Virus record (IMG/VR): IMGVR_UViG_3300037067_022526
Location: 64,001 to 128,000 of that record
Length of the DNA: 64,000 nt
Reading direction: 5' to 3' (one strand)
Source of the DNA: a virus
Taxonomy: Duplodnaviria > Caudoviricetes
A program made the translations under genes and the position numbers. The notes below the pieces were generated by a model. It was not told the origin of the DNA, ran no database searches, and worked only from the letters and a program-made list of their open reading frames with translations. Below, piece after piece: positions 8,354-18,938 of the stretch (positions are counted from its first letter, which is position 1; each line of letters opens with the position of its first letter).

Positions 8354-9252
8354 TCAGATATCGCAGTCCTGATGATATCTACGTAAGAAATTTCACAGTC
8401 ATTTTCATATGCTTGCTTGCGGGCAACTCTTTTTAATTGTTCTAATTGATCACTCAAAATTCGGATGCTGATTGTGATATTCTCAACGACATTTTGAAAT
8501 TTCGACCCAAATTCACATCCGAAATCGCCATCAGACATATGTTGGTTTTCTTGCCGCAGCATCTCTTCGGTATAATCGGTATTCACTTCCCATGTGGGTA
8601 GTTGGCATATCAACCTGTAATCAGGTGCAGTTGAAATTAAATTATATAATAAATCGCCTTTGCGCCTTGGTGACGAGACTATAATAGTTCGTGATTCATG
8701 CACTCCGTCATGTTTGAAGTCGGCAGTGCTGGGAATCAATGCATTATAAATTCTATCACCCGACTGCCCTGGAAATGACGCGATCTCATTGAATACAAGA
8801 GTGAAATATCGCTTGCCCAGGAGATTTGAACTATTGGCGTGAGCAACCATTAAACAAATGTATCCTGATCGATTCCGCCTTGGCAACCAAATTTTGTTCT
8901 GCTCTATTTTGGTTATCTCATCTCGAAAATACTCAGATCGAGTAACAAGCAGTTTCAACTCCGTGAAGAAAGATCTTGCCTCCTCTGCACTATTACAAAC
9001 AGCAAGCTGATAAATCGTGTCCTGGTTTGGGATATTATAATATTCAAACGGATTTGGTATTTCTAATAGTCGCCGTGTCTCTGCCAGTAGCAGCAGTGTA
9101 GCAAGATAATCCTTTCCGCTACGTCTTCCCAAAACGGCAACTAACTCTCGGTATTGTCCAATATAGAAGTTGGACATGATTTCTTTTAACCTCGGATATA
9201 ACTTAATGTTAGGTGTAATTAAATATTGCTCGATAAATTCCATTGAAGTCAT
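8326..9252 (-). CDS. Terminase-large-subunit-like ATPase domain fused to a C-terminal ribbon-helix-helix domain
   Basis: GRRSGK Walker A, LVFNEIA (Walker B with D to N), IVSSP, LPTWEVN; no nuclease domain; RHH ISIRI..LKRVAR..SYVDIIR; start at 9252 with GAAAGGAG SD. Confidence 0.75.
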   Translation of the reverse strand: MTSMEFIEQYLITPNIKLYPRLKEIMSNFYIGQYRELVAVLGRRSGKDYLATLLLLAETRRLLEIPNPFEYYNIPNQDTIYQLAVCNSAEEARSFFTELKLLVTRSEYFRDEITKIEQNKIWLPRRNRSGYICLMVAHANSSNLLGKRYFTLVFNEIASFPGQSGDRIYNALIPSTADFKHDGVHESRTIIVSSPRRKGDLLYNLISTAPDYRLICQLPTWEVNTDYTEEMLRQENQHMSDGDFGCEFGSKFQNVVENITISIRILSDQLEQLKRVARKQAYENDCEISYVDIIRTAISDYLKGVVAD

Positions 9253-9358
9253 AAAAAGCTCCTTTCTACTAATACTTACTTCGCTGTCATAATTATTTCC
9301 TGTAAGAATTATGACAAAATTTACCACATAATACATTATACAGCGCAGGAGATGTGGA

Positions 9359-9583
9359 ATGTTTCTTCAATGAAGTGAATTGCAACTTGACAACTCCCAC
9401 AGCCAGCAGTATAATGAGCCGTAAGATGTTTCTCTTTTGAAAAGAGGAGTGAATTACACAACATGGTAGTGTGGATTTTACTCATCAATGCCATACTTTG
9501 TGCATTATTCTTCTTTTTCGGCGTTTTCTGCGGATGGAGTTTAAGCTCGGATATAGATGTTTCTCCCCTGAAAAGGGGAGTGA
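9359..9583 (+). repeat. Three degenerate or partial CRISPR repeats (mini-array-like)
   Basis: Copies at 9359-9386, 9425-9462 and 9556-9583 (the last has a perfect array-1 hairpin and lies inside an ORF). Confidence 0.8.
9387..9415 (+). promoter_or_regulatory. Consensus sigma70 promoter in spacer position
   Basis: TTGACA-17-TATAAT; homologous to 7974-8011. Confidence 0.85.
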
Positions 9584-9840
9584 TAAAAAATCATATTGCT
9601 GCCGGACAGAAGGGTGCAGAGCTTTTGCGTAATAAATTTGGACTTATTAATATAGAAACCAGATCGGAAAGATACCCCGAGTCCCAAAGTATATCTCCGC
9701 AAAAGGCCCTAGATTTATTAAATGTATCTTGTGTTTGGATATCCAAACCATCTCTTAATGTTGTCATAGAGACATCGACAGGGAATTACCGAGTGAGATT
9801 CAGTGAATTTGACCGATACTTTTTATGCGGAGACAAATAA
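9463..9840 (+). CDS. Hypothetical membrane-anchored protein
   Basis: Hydrophobic N-terminus; ATG directly follows a repeat; contains repeat-derived DVSPLKRGV. Confidence 0.55.
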   Translation: MVVWILLINAILCALFFFFGVFCGWSLSSDIDVSPLKRGVIKNHIAAGQKGAELLRNKFGLINIETRSERYPESQSISPQKALDLLNVSCVWISKPSLNVVIETSTGNYRVRFSEFDRYFLCGDK

Positions 9841-10051
9841 ACATGACCGAACAAGAGATGAAAATTGCTTTAGAGTGGGTTAAAGAATCCGAAAATACTA
9901 ATGAATATTGCGAGCGTAATCTTTTAATTGACGCCCTAAGACAATTAGAATTTGACCCGCCTGATATAAATAAAGCACAGCAAAGACTTCGAGAATTAAT
10001 TCCGTTAGGTGAACCTTATCATTTAGTTATTCCGCCTGATTTTGTGAAGGA

Positions 10052-10366
10052 ATGATTATGTCTTATATTCACGAATTAAATTTCCGCAAAGTATTTGGTC
10101 TTTGCGAAGGATGGGTTATTTTACAAACAAAGAATGATTTTATGTCAATATCGGAATTATGTAGAGAAGCTAATGTGCTAGATCCGCCTTTGCCTAAAGA
10201 ATATCCTTGTTTGGCTCGGTTCTGGCGAGATGAGGTTGCAGAGGAACCCCATTTGAACGCAATTTATGTCGGTATTTATGATGCCAGTGAATTCCTTAAA
10301 TCGGCTGGTTTTATTGTTGAAGTTGGCGAGGAACGCAGAAAACGAGTCGATACCGAAGGATGGTAA
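10052..10366 (+). CDS. Hypothetical protein
   Basis: ORF in a co-directional, tightly packed block. Confidence 0.55.
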   Translation: MIMSYIHELNFRKVFGLCEGWVILQTKNDFMSISELCREANVLDPPLPKEYPCLARFWRDEVAEEPHLNAIYVGIYDASEFLKSAGFIVEVGEERRKRVDTEGW

Positions 10367-10386
10367 AACAACAATAGGAGAAATAT

Positions 10387-11439
10387 GTGTTAATTGAAAT
10401 TGATTCAAAACTAAGTGCCCCACATGATCATTTGCCCACTGTTAATGCCTTAGATGCAATTAAAGCCAAAGTTACGGGGTATCATGTTGAATGCCATTCA
10501 GAGATGGGTAAACTTGTAGGCAAGAAATCTCGTGGTTCTACAAAATCCACTGTTCCATTCAATATGCACGGATTATTTGGTGCAATGTTGAGGGCATATT
10601 ATGACCACCGTAAATTAATTATCTCTCCAGATATGATTTGGAATACTATTGTTCAGGGTTTATCTTTGCATGTGTTTATGAATCCAGAAGATATGCGTAG
10701 TAAATTTGTAAAACATCAAGATAAAATAACCCTTAAAGTGCGGCGAGATGATTTCGTCAAAGGTGGTGTTAATCCTTGGCCAGAAGTTTTTGAAACATTC
10801 AACTCGTTGATTGCAGAGCACATCGGAGATCGAGCGCAACAACTCGTGCCCAATTTTTCCACAACTGGCCAATTAGAAAGAGCAATTCACCATGTTGCTT
10901 TAATGGACTCAGTTCAATCTTATTTTAAGTTTGAGGTCTATACACTCTGCGGTATACCATTTGTTGAACTTGAAGGCACGAGAGAAGACTGGAATAACTT
11001 GAATGAGCGAGCCAAATCTCTAAGCGACATAATTCCGGCGTGGTGGAAGGATCCGCTATTAGAAACATGTCAGACTTTTTATGATGCAGCATGCGGTAAA
11101 GTTGACATTAAACAGTGGAAATCTATATTTAAAGAAGAATCAATTGGAAGTGGCAGTCCAGAAATTACGGGATGGGCTTTAAATTTATGTCCATATTTAT
11201 ACGACAGATACGGTAAAACACATTATCCGAATCCCAATCTCGTCGGTGGTAGGTCATATATTACTTCTGAGAATTTGCCAAGTGGTGTATCACAAGTGCC
11301 ATTTGAGTGGTTTTATTATGAGCAAGTGTTTCACATGCAATTTGTTGGTGGATTTATGGGTATAATTGAGAACGATGACTTTTCTGTTCGTCCACAATTT
11401 GGATGGGCCATTGTTGAATCGGAAGAAGGATTGCTTTAA
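10387..11439 (+). CDS. DUF4419-like protein
   Basis: AYYDHRKLIISPDMIW..GLSLHV..NPEDMR.KFV, FSTT and CGIP.VELEGT.EDW motifs recalled for this family. Confidence 0.75.
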   Translation: MLIEIDSKLSAPHDHLPTVNALDAIKAKVTGYHVECHSEMGKLVGKKSRGSTKSTVPFNMHGLFGAMLRAYYDHRKLIISPDMIWNTIVQGLSLHVFMNPEDMRSKFVKHQDKITLKVRRDDFVKGGVNPWPEVFETFNSLIAEHIGDRAQQLVPNFSTTGQLERAIHHVALMDSVQSYFKFEVYTLCGIPFVELEGTREDWNNLNERAKSLSDIIPAWWKDPLLETCQTFYDAACGKVDIKQWKSIFKEESIGSGSPEITGWALNLCPYLYDRYGKTHYPNPNLVGGRSYITSENLPSGVSQVPFEWFYYEQVFHMQFVGGFMGIIENDDFSVRPQFGWAIVESEEGLL

Positions 11440-11623
11440 ATATGATTGGGTTTGAGTGGAATTATTGTGGAGTATGTGGATGTCGGTTAGCCCCTGACGA
11501 TTTTGATGGTATTTGTTGGGATTGTGACCGCAAATGTCGTATTTGTGGTTGCGAGCTTTCGGATGAAAATACTGGTACGATTTGCCCTGTCTGCGGAGAA
11601 TTAGAATCTCGACTGGAGATCAC

Positions 11624-12004
11624 ATGAACGTAAAATGGCGTAATAGTGGTAAATTTGACAAAGAAGCAATAAATAGAGGCTCTCAGCCTATATTTCTTCC
11701 AACTATAATATTCAGCATCATAGCCTATTTGTATTTCGGTTGGATATCAGTGATACTTATAATTCTCGCTGGTGTCATTGCTATATATTTTATAGGTAAA
11801 CATACTAAATCAATGTATTGCTCAAAGCATGATTGCCCTATAGAGGAAAGACATTGGGATTTTTACGATGTAGAATATTATTGTCCGACATGTCATGAAA
11901 AAGAAGTGAAGGAATACAAACAACAAGTAAGAGAAGCACGTATATCTGAGTATGCAGAAGGTGCCCGCAGGGCGCTATTAGAGCAGGATCGAGATTATAC
12001 CTAA
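11624..12004 (+). CDS. Membrane protein with C-terminal Zn-binding motif (duplicate A)
   Basis: Two TM segments, CxxH..CxxC; near-identical flank and start with 12067..12348. Confidence 0.65.
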   Translation: MNVKWRNSGKFDKEAINRGSQPIFLPTIIFSIIAYLYFGWISVILIILAGVIAIYFIGKHTKSMYCSKHDCPIEERHWDFYDVEYYCPTCHEKEVKEYKQQVREARISEYAEGARRALLEQDRDYT

Positions 12005-12066
12005 TTTAACCATCGAAGAATGTTTGAAATTATTAGAGAAAAATTAGAATCTCGACTGGAGATCAC

Positions 12067-12348
12067 ATGAACGTGACATGGCGTAATAGTGGTAAATTTG
12101 ACAAAGAAGCAATAAGCAGAGGATGTAGATTTATGATGCTTCCAGTTGTAATGTCCAGTATTATAACTTATATGTACTATGGTTGGATACCACCAGTAAT
12201 AATAGTTTCTGTTGGTATAATATCTGTTTATTTTATGGGTAAACATACTAAATCAATGTATTGCCCAAAACATGATTGTCTCATAAAGGAAAGACGTTTT
12301 GATTTTTATGATGTAGAGTATTATTGCCCGAAATGCTCGAAGAGGTGA
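12067..12348 (+). CDS. Membrane protein with C-terminal Zn-binding motif (duplicate B)
   Basis: Tandem paralog of 11624..12004. Confidence 0.65.
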   Translation: MNVTWRNSGKFDKEAISRGCRFMMLPVVMSSIITYMYYGWIPPVIIVSVGIISVYFMGKHTKSMYCPKHDCLIKERRFDFYDVEYYCPKCSKR

Positions 12349-12415
12349 AAAATTATGTCTAATTCTGAATTTTGTCGTAGAATGGGATTGTCGGGAGTAA
12401 TTTAAAGGAGAAAAA

Positions 12416-12892
12416 ATGACATCTGAAGCAATTATAAATCGTAAGAAATATGCTCATCGCCTTGGATTTTGGTACATTAATGTATTAACAGCAGTTCAAT
12501 CTATGGGATATTCAGAGGAAGAATCCAAGCAAATTTGCACTGAGGCTGGTATTGACTGGGAAAAAGATGTAGAACAAACAAAAAATGAATATATAGTACG
12601 ATCGAACCAGTCCCGGCAAAAGCAACAAAAAAGGTATTCTAAATATCAGAGTGAATTAGAAACTCAGTTGACTAAACAACAACTCGATATATTAGATCAA
12701 CTTAGAACTTTTAAATCTATACTATGTAAAGAAAATGAAATAGCAGATTCTCTTGTGTCTTTAGGATTAGCCCGCAAACTAGATGATGGATATTATGATC
12801 GTGGTGAACAAGCATGGGAAAAATATAATGCAGAGTTAGCAGAGATGAAAAAACTAAGCCTAAAAGAATTAATAAAGAAAATGGATGAATAA
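12416..12892 (+). CDS. Hypothetical protein
   Basis: AAGGAG SD, 158-aa ORF. Confidence 0.65.
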   Translation: MTSEAIINRKKYAHRLGFWYINVLTAVQSMGYSEEESKQICTEAGIDWEKDVEQTKNEYIVRSNQSRQKQQKRYSKYQSELETQLTKQQLDILDQLRTFKSILCKENEIADSLVSLGLARKLDDGYYDRGEQAWEKYNAELAEMKKLSLKELIKKMDE

Positions 12893-13267
12893 AATGGCAA
12901 CCGAACCGTGTAATTTACCAATGATTAAGATGATGTGGCACTTGGGGTTTCTGCGGTTGTTGGTAGAAAAAGAGTTCGGCAGAAGTAGCAGTTTAACTAT
13001 ACGACAGTTGAGTGGCGGTGCCGCCTCGGAGTGAAAAATGAACGCGTTGCTTGTCGGCAAGAGAGAAGAGGACGGTCAATTCCATGTTTACCACATGGCA
13101 CTTTATCCCGAGACCCCAACTCAGGTTGACATAGACGATCTCCGTCGAGAATTATCTGAAACCCCAGAATTTGGACTGATGGACAGAATAAGCGAAATGG
13201 AAATACGAGCCACAGTGCTGAGACCAGAGGCGGGACAGCCGCCACCGGAAAACAAGGAGAGTGAAAA

Positions 13268-13519
13268 ATGTGGAACTTGACCAAGAATGCGAAGCCTGTC
13301 TCGGGTGAGGATTCTCTCGTAATTTATTTTCACCCGCAAATTGGTCATTATATTCACGATGGCTTCTGTCGATACTTTCCACCTTATGACAGTCGTGAAG
13401 GCAAATGGTTTTGTGGTGACGATGAAATGCCTGAGCCGATTGCGTGGATGCGTCCTGAGAAGCTGCTTGAGTTCTTTCTGGTAACTAGTGCAGGACAGCC
13501 GCCGCTGGAAAACACATAG
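13268..13519 (+). CDS. Hypothetical protein, paralog of 8069..8353
   Basis: Shared motifs; AAGGAG SD. Confidence 0.7.
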   Translation: MWNLTKNAKPVSGEDSLVIYFHPQIGHYIHDGFCRYFPPYDSREGKWFCGDDEMPEPIAWMRPEKLLEFFLVTSAGQPPLENT

Positions 13520-13767
13520 GATATTGTATGACTGAAATCATTGATTTTTGGCTCGCATCTCCACGCCTGAATAAGACTAAATATCTTGAAAAACATTTTG
13601 GCGGTAAATGGAAATACGATGGCATGGCCTCGTGGTGGTGCGATGATGGCAAACGGCACGTATCAAGAACGGCGTCATGCTATTGCGATGATAAGTGTAA
13701 TCATCTGCCACATTATTATCTTTATGAGGACACAGAAGCAAGTATAATTACGTGGCAGGTGTAGCGC

Positions 13768-14280
13768 ATGAGTGGTATGCTAATTGTTGATTTTTCTCGT
13801 CAGTCCGACATGGACGACCTGAAGATGCGTTTCAAAAAACTTGCCCCCGATGGTGGTAACTTAATCCCTCCTCACATTGAAGGCGAACCACCGGAATCTC
13901 GAAAGAGTGGTTTGCGTATAGAAATACCCGATAAAATCTGGGGTAAAAAAGTTGTTACTTTTGAATACGCCATTTGGGATCAGTGGTCGGCAGAATTTGC
14001 TTTCTTTTTTGGACTTGAGATTATCAAACGATATAAAATCAAGCGCATTGGGTGGGATTGTATTGGATGGTGCAAGACAACCGATGATTATAAGAAAACA
14101 CGCAACTTCGAATTGCGTAGATTCGCTACAAGATATATGTCTCCCGATAATCGCAAGATAGAGTTTTCTTTTTTGAACCGTGTTTGTCGCACATTTAAGA
14201 GGGCCGCCAAAAGATTTTTCGACGGGGATGGATCTGATTTGATTCTAAAGGAGCAAACTAATGCAATGGTCAACACATGA
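13768..14280 (+). CDS. Hypothetical protein
   Basis: ORF in packed block. Confidence 0.6.
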   Translation: MSGMLIVDFSRQSDMDDLKMRFKKLAPDGGNLIPPHIEGEPPESRKSGLRIEIPDKIWGKKVVTFEYAIWDQWSAEFAFFFGLEIIKRYKIKRIGWDCIGWCKTTDDYKKTRNFELRRFATRYMSPDNRKIEFSFLNRVCRTFKRAAKRFFDGDGSDLILKEQTNAMVNT

Positions 14281-14444
14281 CATTCAGACGGTTTTACTCA
14301 TATTTCGAAGGATAGTCGAAGACTACAAAATAGAAAAAGAATGTCCATACTGTTATACTCACAACAAAAATCTGATTGATGGACACGCTAGTGGTTGTCT
14401 TTTTAGAGACTGGCTTATAAATAACTCGATAGAATTGACAAACA

Positions 14445-14756
14445 ATGCGAAGACCTGATAGAATAGAACCATTTCTGGGCATCCTTGGTAATATCTGGAA
14501 AAACAATCCAGAATTAAGATTTGGACAATTAATCTCTCTTGCTTTTGGTTTGTTTTCCGGACAAACATATGATGGTCGATTATGGCATGTAGAAGATGAC
14601 GATTTTCTTGAGCGGCTGATGGAAAATATGTCTATATCTAGAGATAATCTTACTAAACCAGAAATAGAGCAACGATTAGCAGAATTAAAAGAACCAATTC
14701 GAGGAGAAATTATGGATTTGGCTATATTTGAAGGCGAAGACTGGAGATTAAAATGA
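14445..14756 (+). CDS. Hypothetical protein, MRxPxRI..W...PxLRxGQL (DUF1040-like) family
   Basis: N-terminal motif MRRPDRIEPFL..W..NPELRFGQL. Confidence 0.55.
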   Translation: MRRPDRIEPFLGILGNIWKNNPELRFGQLISLAFGLFSGQTYDGRLWHVEDDDFLERLMENMSISRDNLTKPEIEQRLAELKEPIRGEIMDLAIFEGEDWRLK

Positions 14757-15314
14757 CAGATTATTCAACTCATAAATGGACCGAAGCAGATCACGCTCGT
14801 TGGGACAGGGCATGTGGAGTGAGTGAAAAAGAAATTGCTCGACGCCAAGAGAAAAGGCGTAAATTAAAAGAGAAGGCAGATGCCCTAGTTAATCCATACG
14901 AAAATGTTTGTGATCATTGTGGTAAAACTTTCATCTCGAAATTTTCCTATAAATATTGTGGTAATATTCGTGGTTGTCTTAATGATGAGTCGGGCGAAAC
15001 CCGTAAAGAAATGGATGAACTTCTCAGCAATTGGAGTAAGTGAAATGGAAAAGATAGGTGTGATGATTGTTAGTGAAAACGAGCATTTACTTTTGGATGC
15101 AGTGCAGTTTCTGAAAGAAGAGTTCCAGCAGCCAGAGTATCCAGAAGATGATAACTATGATAAAGGATGGAATGATGGACGGAAAACATTGGCAGCGGAA
15201 ATCTTAGAGAAATTAGGTCTCTACGACATGGTGCCCAAGAATTGCGTAAGTGGCTGGAATCCGCCAGAAAGAAGAGACGAAGGATAACCATCGCCTAAGG
15301 TCGTATATTAGTCC

Positions 15315-16166
15315 ATGAAACGTTTTAACTGGCTTCAAAAAATTGCAGCGAGTATTTGTAAAACTGCCTCTATAACTTTCAGTATACAGGGTTCTGGACG
15401 TATATCTCAACCCAAAACACTTCAATCTATTTGCCATGATATTGATCAGCTTATTGGTGATACCTATCCCCGGTCGTGGATTGTGGATGGTTTGTTGAAC
15501 AATACTATAGTTCCAGATGCTCCTCAGTGGGATGATCTTATGGGTAATATTAATTGGTATGTCCCTGCTCAGGTTGATCCATCGGAAGTTGAGCCATATA
15601 TTTCAATGGCTATTAAAGAACTTGCTCTTTTGGGTATCGATATTCAAGCCAGCCAAAAATCACGATCAAGAATGATGCATCCACATGCCTACAAAATCGT
15701 ACTTCAGGTCAGAAATAATGAAACTCAGAACATAGAAAAAATACCAAAATTAAATCTGGCAAATGGTAATGCTGGTACAATTCTGGAATTGCTTGGGTTA
15801 TCTAAACAGCAGACTCAAGACAGTCCTCTTGGTCCACTAAGCGGCCCCGAAGATCCCGAAGGACAAGTAACTGCACAAGATTTACTTCGGCGTATTAAAC
15901 AGGCTTACGGACGTATTCAGTCTGCCATTCGACCGCCTCAGGGAGGTTTTCTGAATCAAAATCAGCCCGAAGAAAATCCTTACGCCATTGACTCTCCTTG
16001 GTCACAGCAGGAAGAACAAGAAAATGTGCCTGGTGCAAAATGGACAGATCAGGGTATGGACCAAGATAAAATCTGGGAAATATTAAATGCTCTGGAAGAA
16101 ATGGCATTTACAGCTAGCCGATTGCAATTAGACAAAAATAAACCAGCGATCATTCAATGGGGATAA
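15315..16166 (+). CDS. Hypothetical phage protein
   Basis: 283-aa ORF. Confidence 0.65.
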   Translation: MKRFNWLQKIAASICKTASITFSIQGSGRISQPKTLQSICHDIDQLIGDTYPRSWIVDGLLNNTIVPDAPQWDDLMGNINWYVPAQVDPSEVEPYISMAIKELALLGIDIQASQKSRSRMMHPHAYKIVLQVRNNETQNIEKIPKLNLANGNAGTILELLGLSKQQTQDSPLGPLSGPEDPEGQVTAQDLLRRIKQAYGRIQSAIRPPQGGFLNQNQPEENPYAIDSPWSQQEEQENVPGAKWTDQGMDQDKIWEILNALEEMAFTASRLQLDKNKPAIIQWG

Positions 16167-16173
16167 TTAATCC

Positions 16174-16202
16174 TTGACATATGCGTAATTTGGCGGTATA
16201 AT
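16174..16202 (+). promoter_or_regulatory. Consensus sigma70 promoter
   Basis: TTGACA-17-TATAAT. Confidence 0.85.
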
Positions 16203-16208
16203 ACTAGT

Positions 16209-16341
16209 AGTGCGGCATGTCGTAAAGCCTGCACCAAAATCCATGCCAGGATGTTTGTTGCTCGCCACTGCACTAACCGTAATTCTGACGAGCCGTATTG
16301 CCTTAATTAAAGGCATCCAGGTAATTCGATCATGCCGCACT
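16209..16341 (+). ncRNA. Candidate structured RNA or 5' leader (rod-like)
   Basis: Starts at the predicted TSS; 11-bp terminal helix AGTGCGGCATG/CATGCCGCACT plus inner helices. Confidence 0.5.
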
Positions 16342-16371
16342 GCCTTGGCCAAAAAATGGAGTAAAAACCAC

Positions 16372-16659
16372 ATGAGTAATCGAATCAATGTTGTTCTTGA
16401 AGATGACAATGCAACGTGTTTGAATCTTCTGAGAGAAACTAATCCCAAGTGGTCAACCGAGACCATTGTACGGGAAGCCCTTGAGATGTATTGGACGTTG
16501 CAAAACCAATTCAACCAAGGATTTGTCACCGTTAAGGTGCATAGTCCCTACACAAATCAAGAACATCAGATGCATATTGTCAACATGCAATGCGGCAGTC
16601 CATATCATGAACCGAGGAGTGGTTGCTGTGAAGATTTGCCCACAAAAGCGGGAGAGTGA
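16372..16659 (+). CDS. Small CopG/RHH-like protein
   Basis: RINVVL..L......STETIVREAL pattern; GGAG SD. Confidence 0.45.
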   Translation: MSNRINVVLEDDNATCLNLLRETNPKWSTETIVREALEMYWTLQNQFNQGFVTVKVHSPYTNQEHQMHIVNMQCGSPYHEPRSGCCEDLPTKAGE

Positions 16660-16923
16660 CAATGTATTGTCCCCTTTGTGGATCTGAATTGGAAATTCAT
16701 GATCTTCCGCCAAGACCAGAAATAGACTGGGAATTGGAAGGCGAAGAATTGGAAAAACAAATTGAATTGAATGCCAATTATCCCGAAAGGAAAGAATGCA
16801 CCTGTCCCAAGGGCTGTTTTGGTAAGGATTATCCATTGTATTTCCACCATCCGCTGGGTGGAATTGATACTGCCCCCGGAGATAGTTGGTCATTGAGTTG
16901 GGTTAAGTAACTAACTGGGGTAA

Positions 16924-17631
16924 GTGAAAATGTATATTAAAGATGGATCAAATATTGATTACGGCAGTAAGGAACCTATGAAAAATAGGTATTCATGGGG
17001 ATGGCTAGGATCAAAAATCTCCTGGGAAAGTAGGGGATGGAAAGATATTGAACTCAAAAATAAAGTCATTAATCGGCTAAAAGAGATAGACGACGCATTC
17101 GAATGGGAAACCAGTTCATTTGATGGCAAACAATACAGAAAACCAACTTATCAAGTAATGCACCATATGGGGTCTCATGAATGTGAAATATGTGGGGCTC
17201 GAACTCGCAAAGAAAAAACAAAAGCCGCTAAAAATTATCGAGAGTGGATGTCCATACAATCCCAGCAGGAGAATAAACCTGAGACTATTAAAAATTTCAA
17301 TGGTAGCCATATCATATATTACAATGGGTTAGAATTTCGTTGTCCTGCTGGTGTTTATCACTATATAGAAGAACATGATTATAATCCTGGTCCAAAAGTT
17401 ATCGATGCTATTTTTAATGGTCGAGTAGCAACCTCTGATGAAATTGATGGTAAAATCAGAGAAGAAATGCACAAAATGGCAGAAGAAATTGGACGTAAAA
17501 ACGCAGAGGAAGCAGCCGCCAGAGAAGCAGCCAAATCTCCGGAACAAAAACAATATGAGTCTTGGGTTAAAACCAAAATCGAACAATTGCGCAAATCAGG
17601 TGCTATCATTGGTAGTGTAGAGAAAGAATAG
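16924..17631 (+). CDS. Hypothetical protein
   Basis: MGSHECEICG and P..VYHYIEEHDYNP motifs typical of a phage DUF. Confidence 0.65.
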   Translation: MKMYIKDGSNIDYGSKEPMKNRYSWGWLGSKISWESRGWKDIELKNKVINRLKEIDDAFEWETSSFDGKQYRKPTYQVMHHMGSHECEICGARTRKEKTKAAKNYREWMSIQSQQENKPETIKNFNGSHIIYYNGLEFRCPAGVYHYIEEHDYNPGPKVIDAIFNGRVATSDEIDGKIREEMHKMAEEIGRKNAEEAAAREAAKSPEQKQYESWVKTKIEQLRKSGAIIGSVEKE

Positions 17632-18938
17632 GAGAAATAAAATGCAGAAGTGGTTGGAGACAAAACTGAAGTTCTTACCTCAAGATAAGATGTCCTCTCG
17701 GTATCACGATCATGGGACGCACAGTAGCTGTCAATCTGGTGGAGAACTGGTTTTTATTTGGGAGATGGAACGGGCAACAAAACTCGGAATTCAAGGTGAT
17801 CCGTGGGTAGAGATTGGAGCCATTATTAAAGAAATTGCTTATGCTCGGAACGACGAAGGTTTGGTAGATATTGTTGGTTCTCGATATATATATATTTAAG
17901 CCAAATCCTGAATATCCAGAGGGTATCAATGGCGGTCTAACTCCAAAAATGTTACGATCCATCTCTAATAGAATTCGGAAGAGCGAAGTTCATCCACTGA
18001 CCGAAAATGGTGTATAATATTGTACCAAATAGAAGAACAATTAAGGGAGAAAACCGATGAAGTTTAGTATTAATACTGAGAAGATTAAAATTGAGATTGA
18101 AGTTCCGAACTGTTAGAATGTAGAAATGTTTCGGCACATCGACGATCTTATCAGGTACATTTTGTCAGAGCTTTAGGAGCAATCTGCCGCTTGTTGTGAA
18201 AAGTATGAAGAACAACTGGAGCCACAATAAAAGGAGCCCGAAATGTATAAGATTCAAGAAAAACCAGATCCAGATATAATCGTTGGGGATAATCCTGCAC
18301 CGACCCATGATCCCATTGTCACCCTGAAAGATGAGTACGGCGGGGTAGCACATATCATAAATGACGATCACTGCTACGTATTGGTTTTGGGAAGTGTAGA
18401 TTCTTCTCATTTCAAGTCTGTGAAGCATTGGTTCCCCGAAGCTGTTGAGGCAATGAGGATGTTGCCTACACCAGAATAGAGTTTGCGGGCCGCCGACCGC
18501 AAAAACAGAGAAAGACGAAGCACAATATCCCAAGGAGAGTAAATATCATGTCAATTCTACCTACAACCCCAAAAGATATTAGAGAAGGACAATTGGTTTG
18601 TGTTGCACAGAATTTAAACCTAACATTTAGTGTCGAAATTGTCACTCCATCATACGCCCGACTCTCGGATGGTAATTGGTATTCTAAAGACAATTTACAC
18701 AAAGTTGTCGAGTAAGGAAGAAATTGTGTACTTTGATTTAAAAACAGATTATTATGGTTGGCCCATTGAACATATTATTGGTCATCCTGTTTCCAATTGG
18801 ACACGACACATTATTCAACTGCTTCGGAAATGGCTCCATTTACACAAAGTTGAAAATAAGAAGATATAGTTGTCAAAAAAGGTATGAACAATAATTGTTC
18901 CGAATTATAACTTCGGTAATCTTTAACAGGAGAAATGT

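Noticed and set aside
8326-9336. Calling this the functional terminase large subunit
   Set aside because: No nuclease domain, altered Walker B, and too short.
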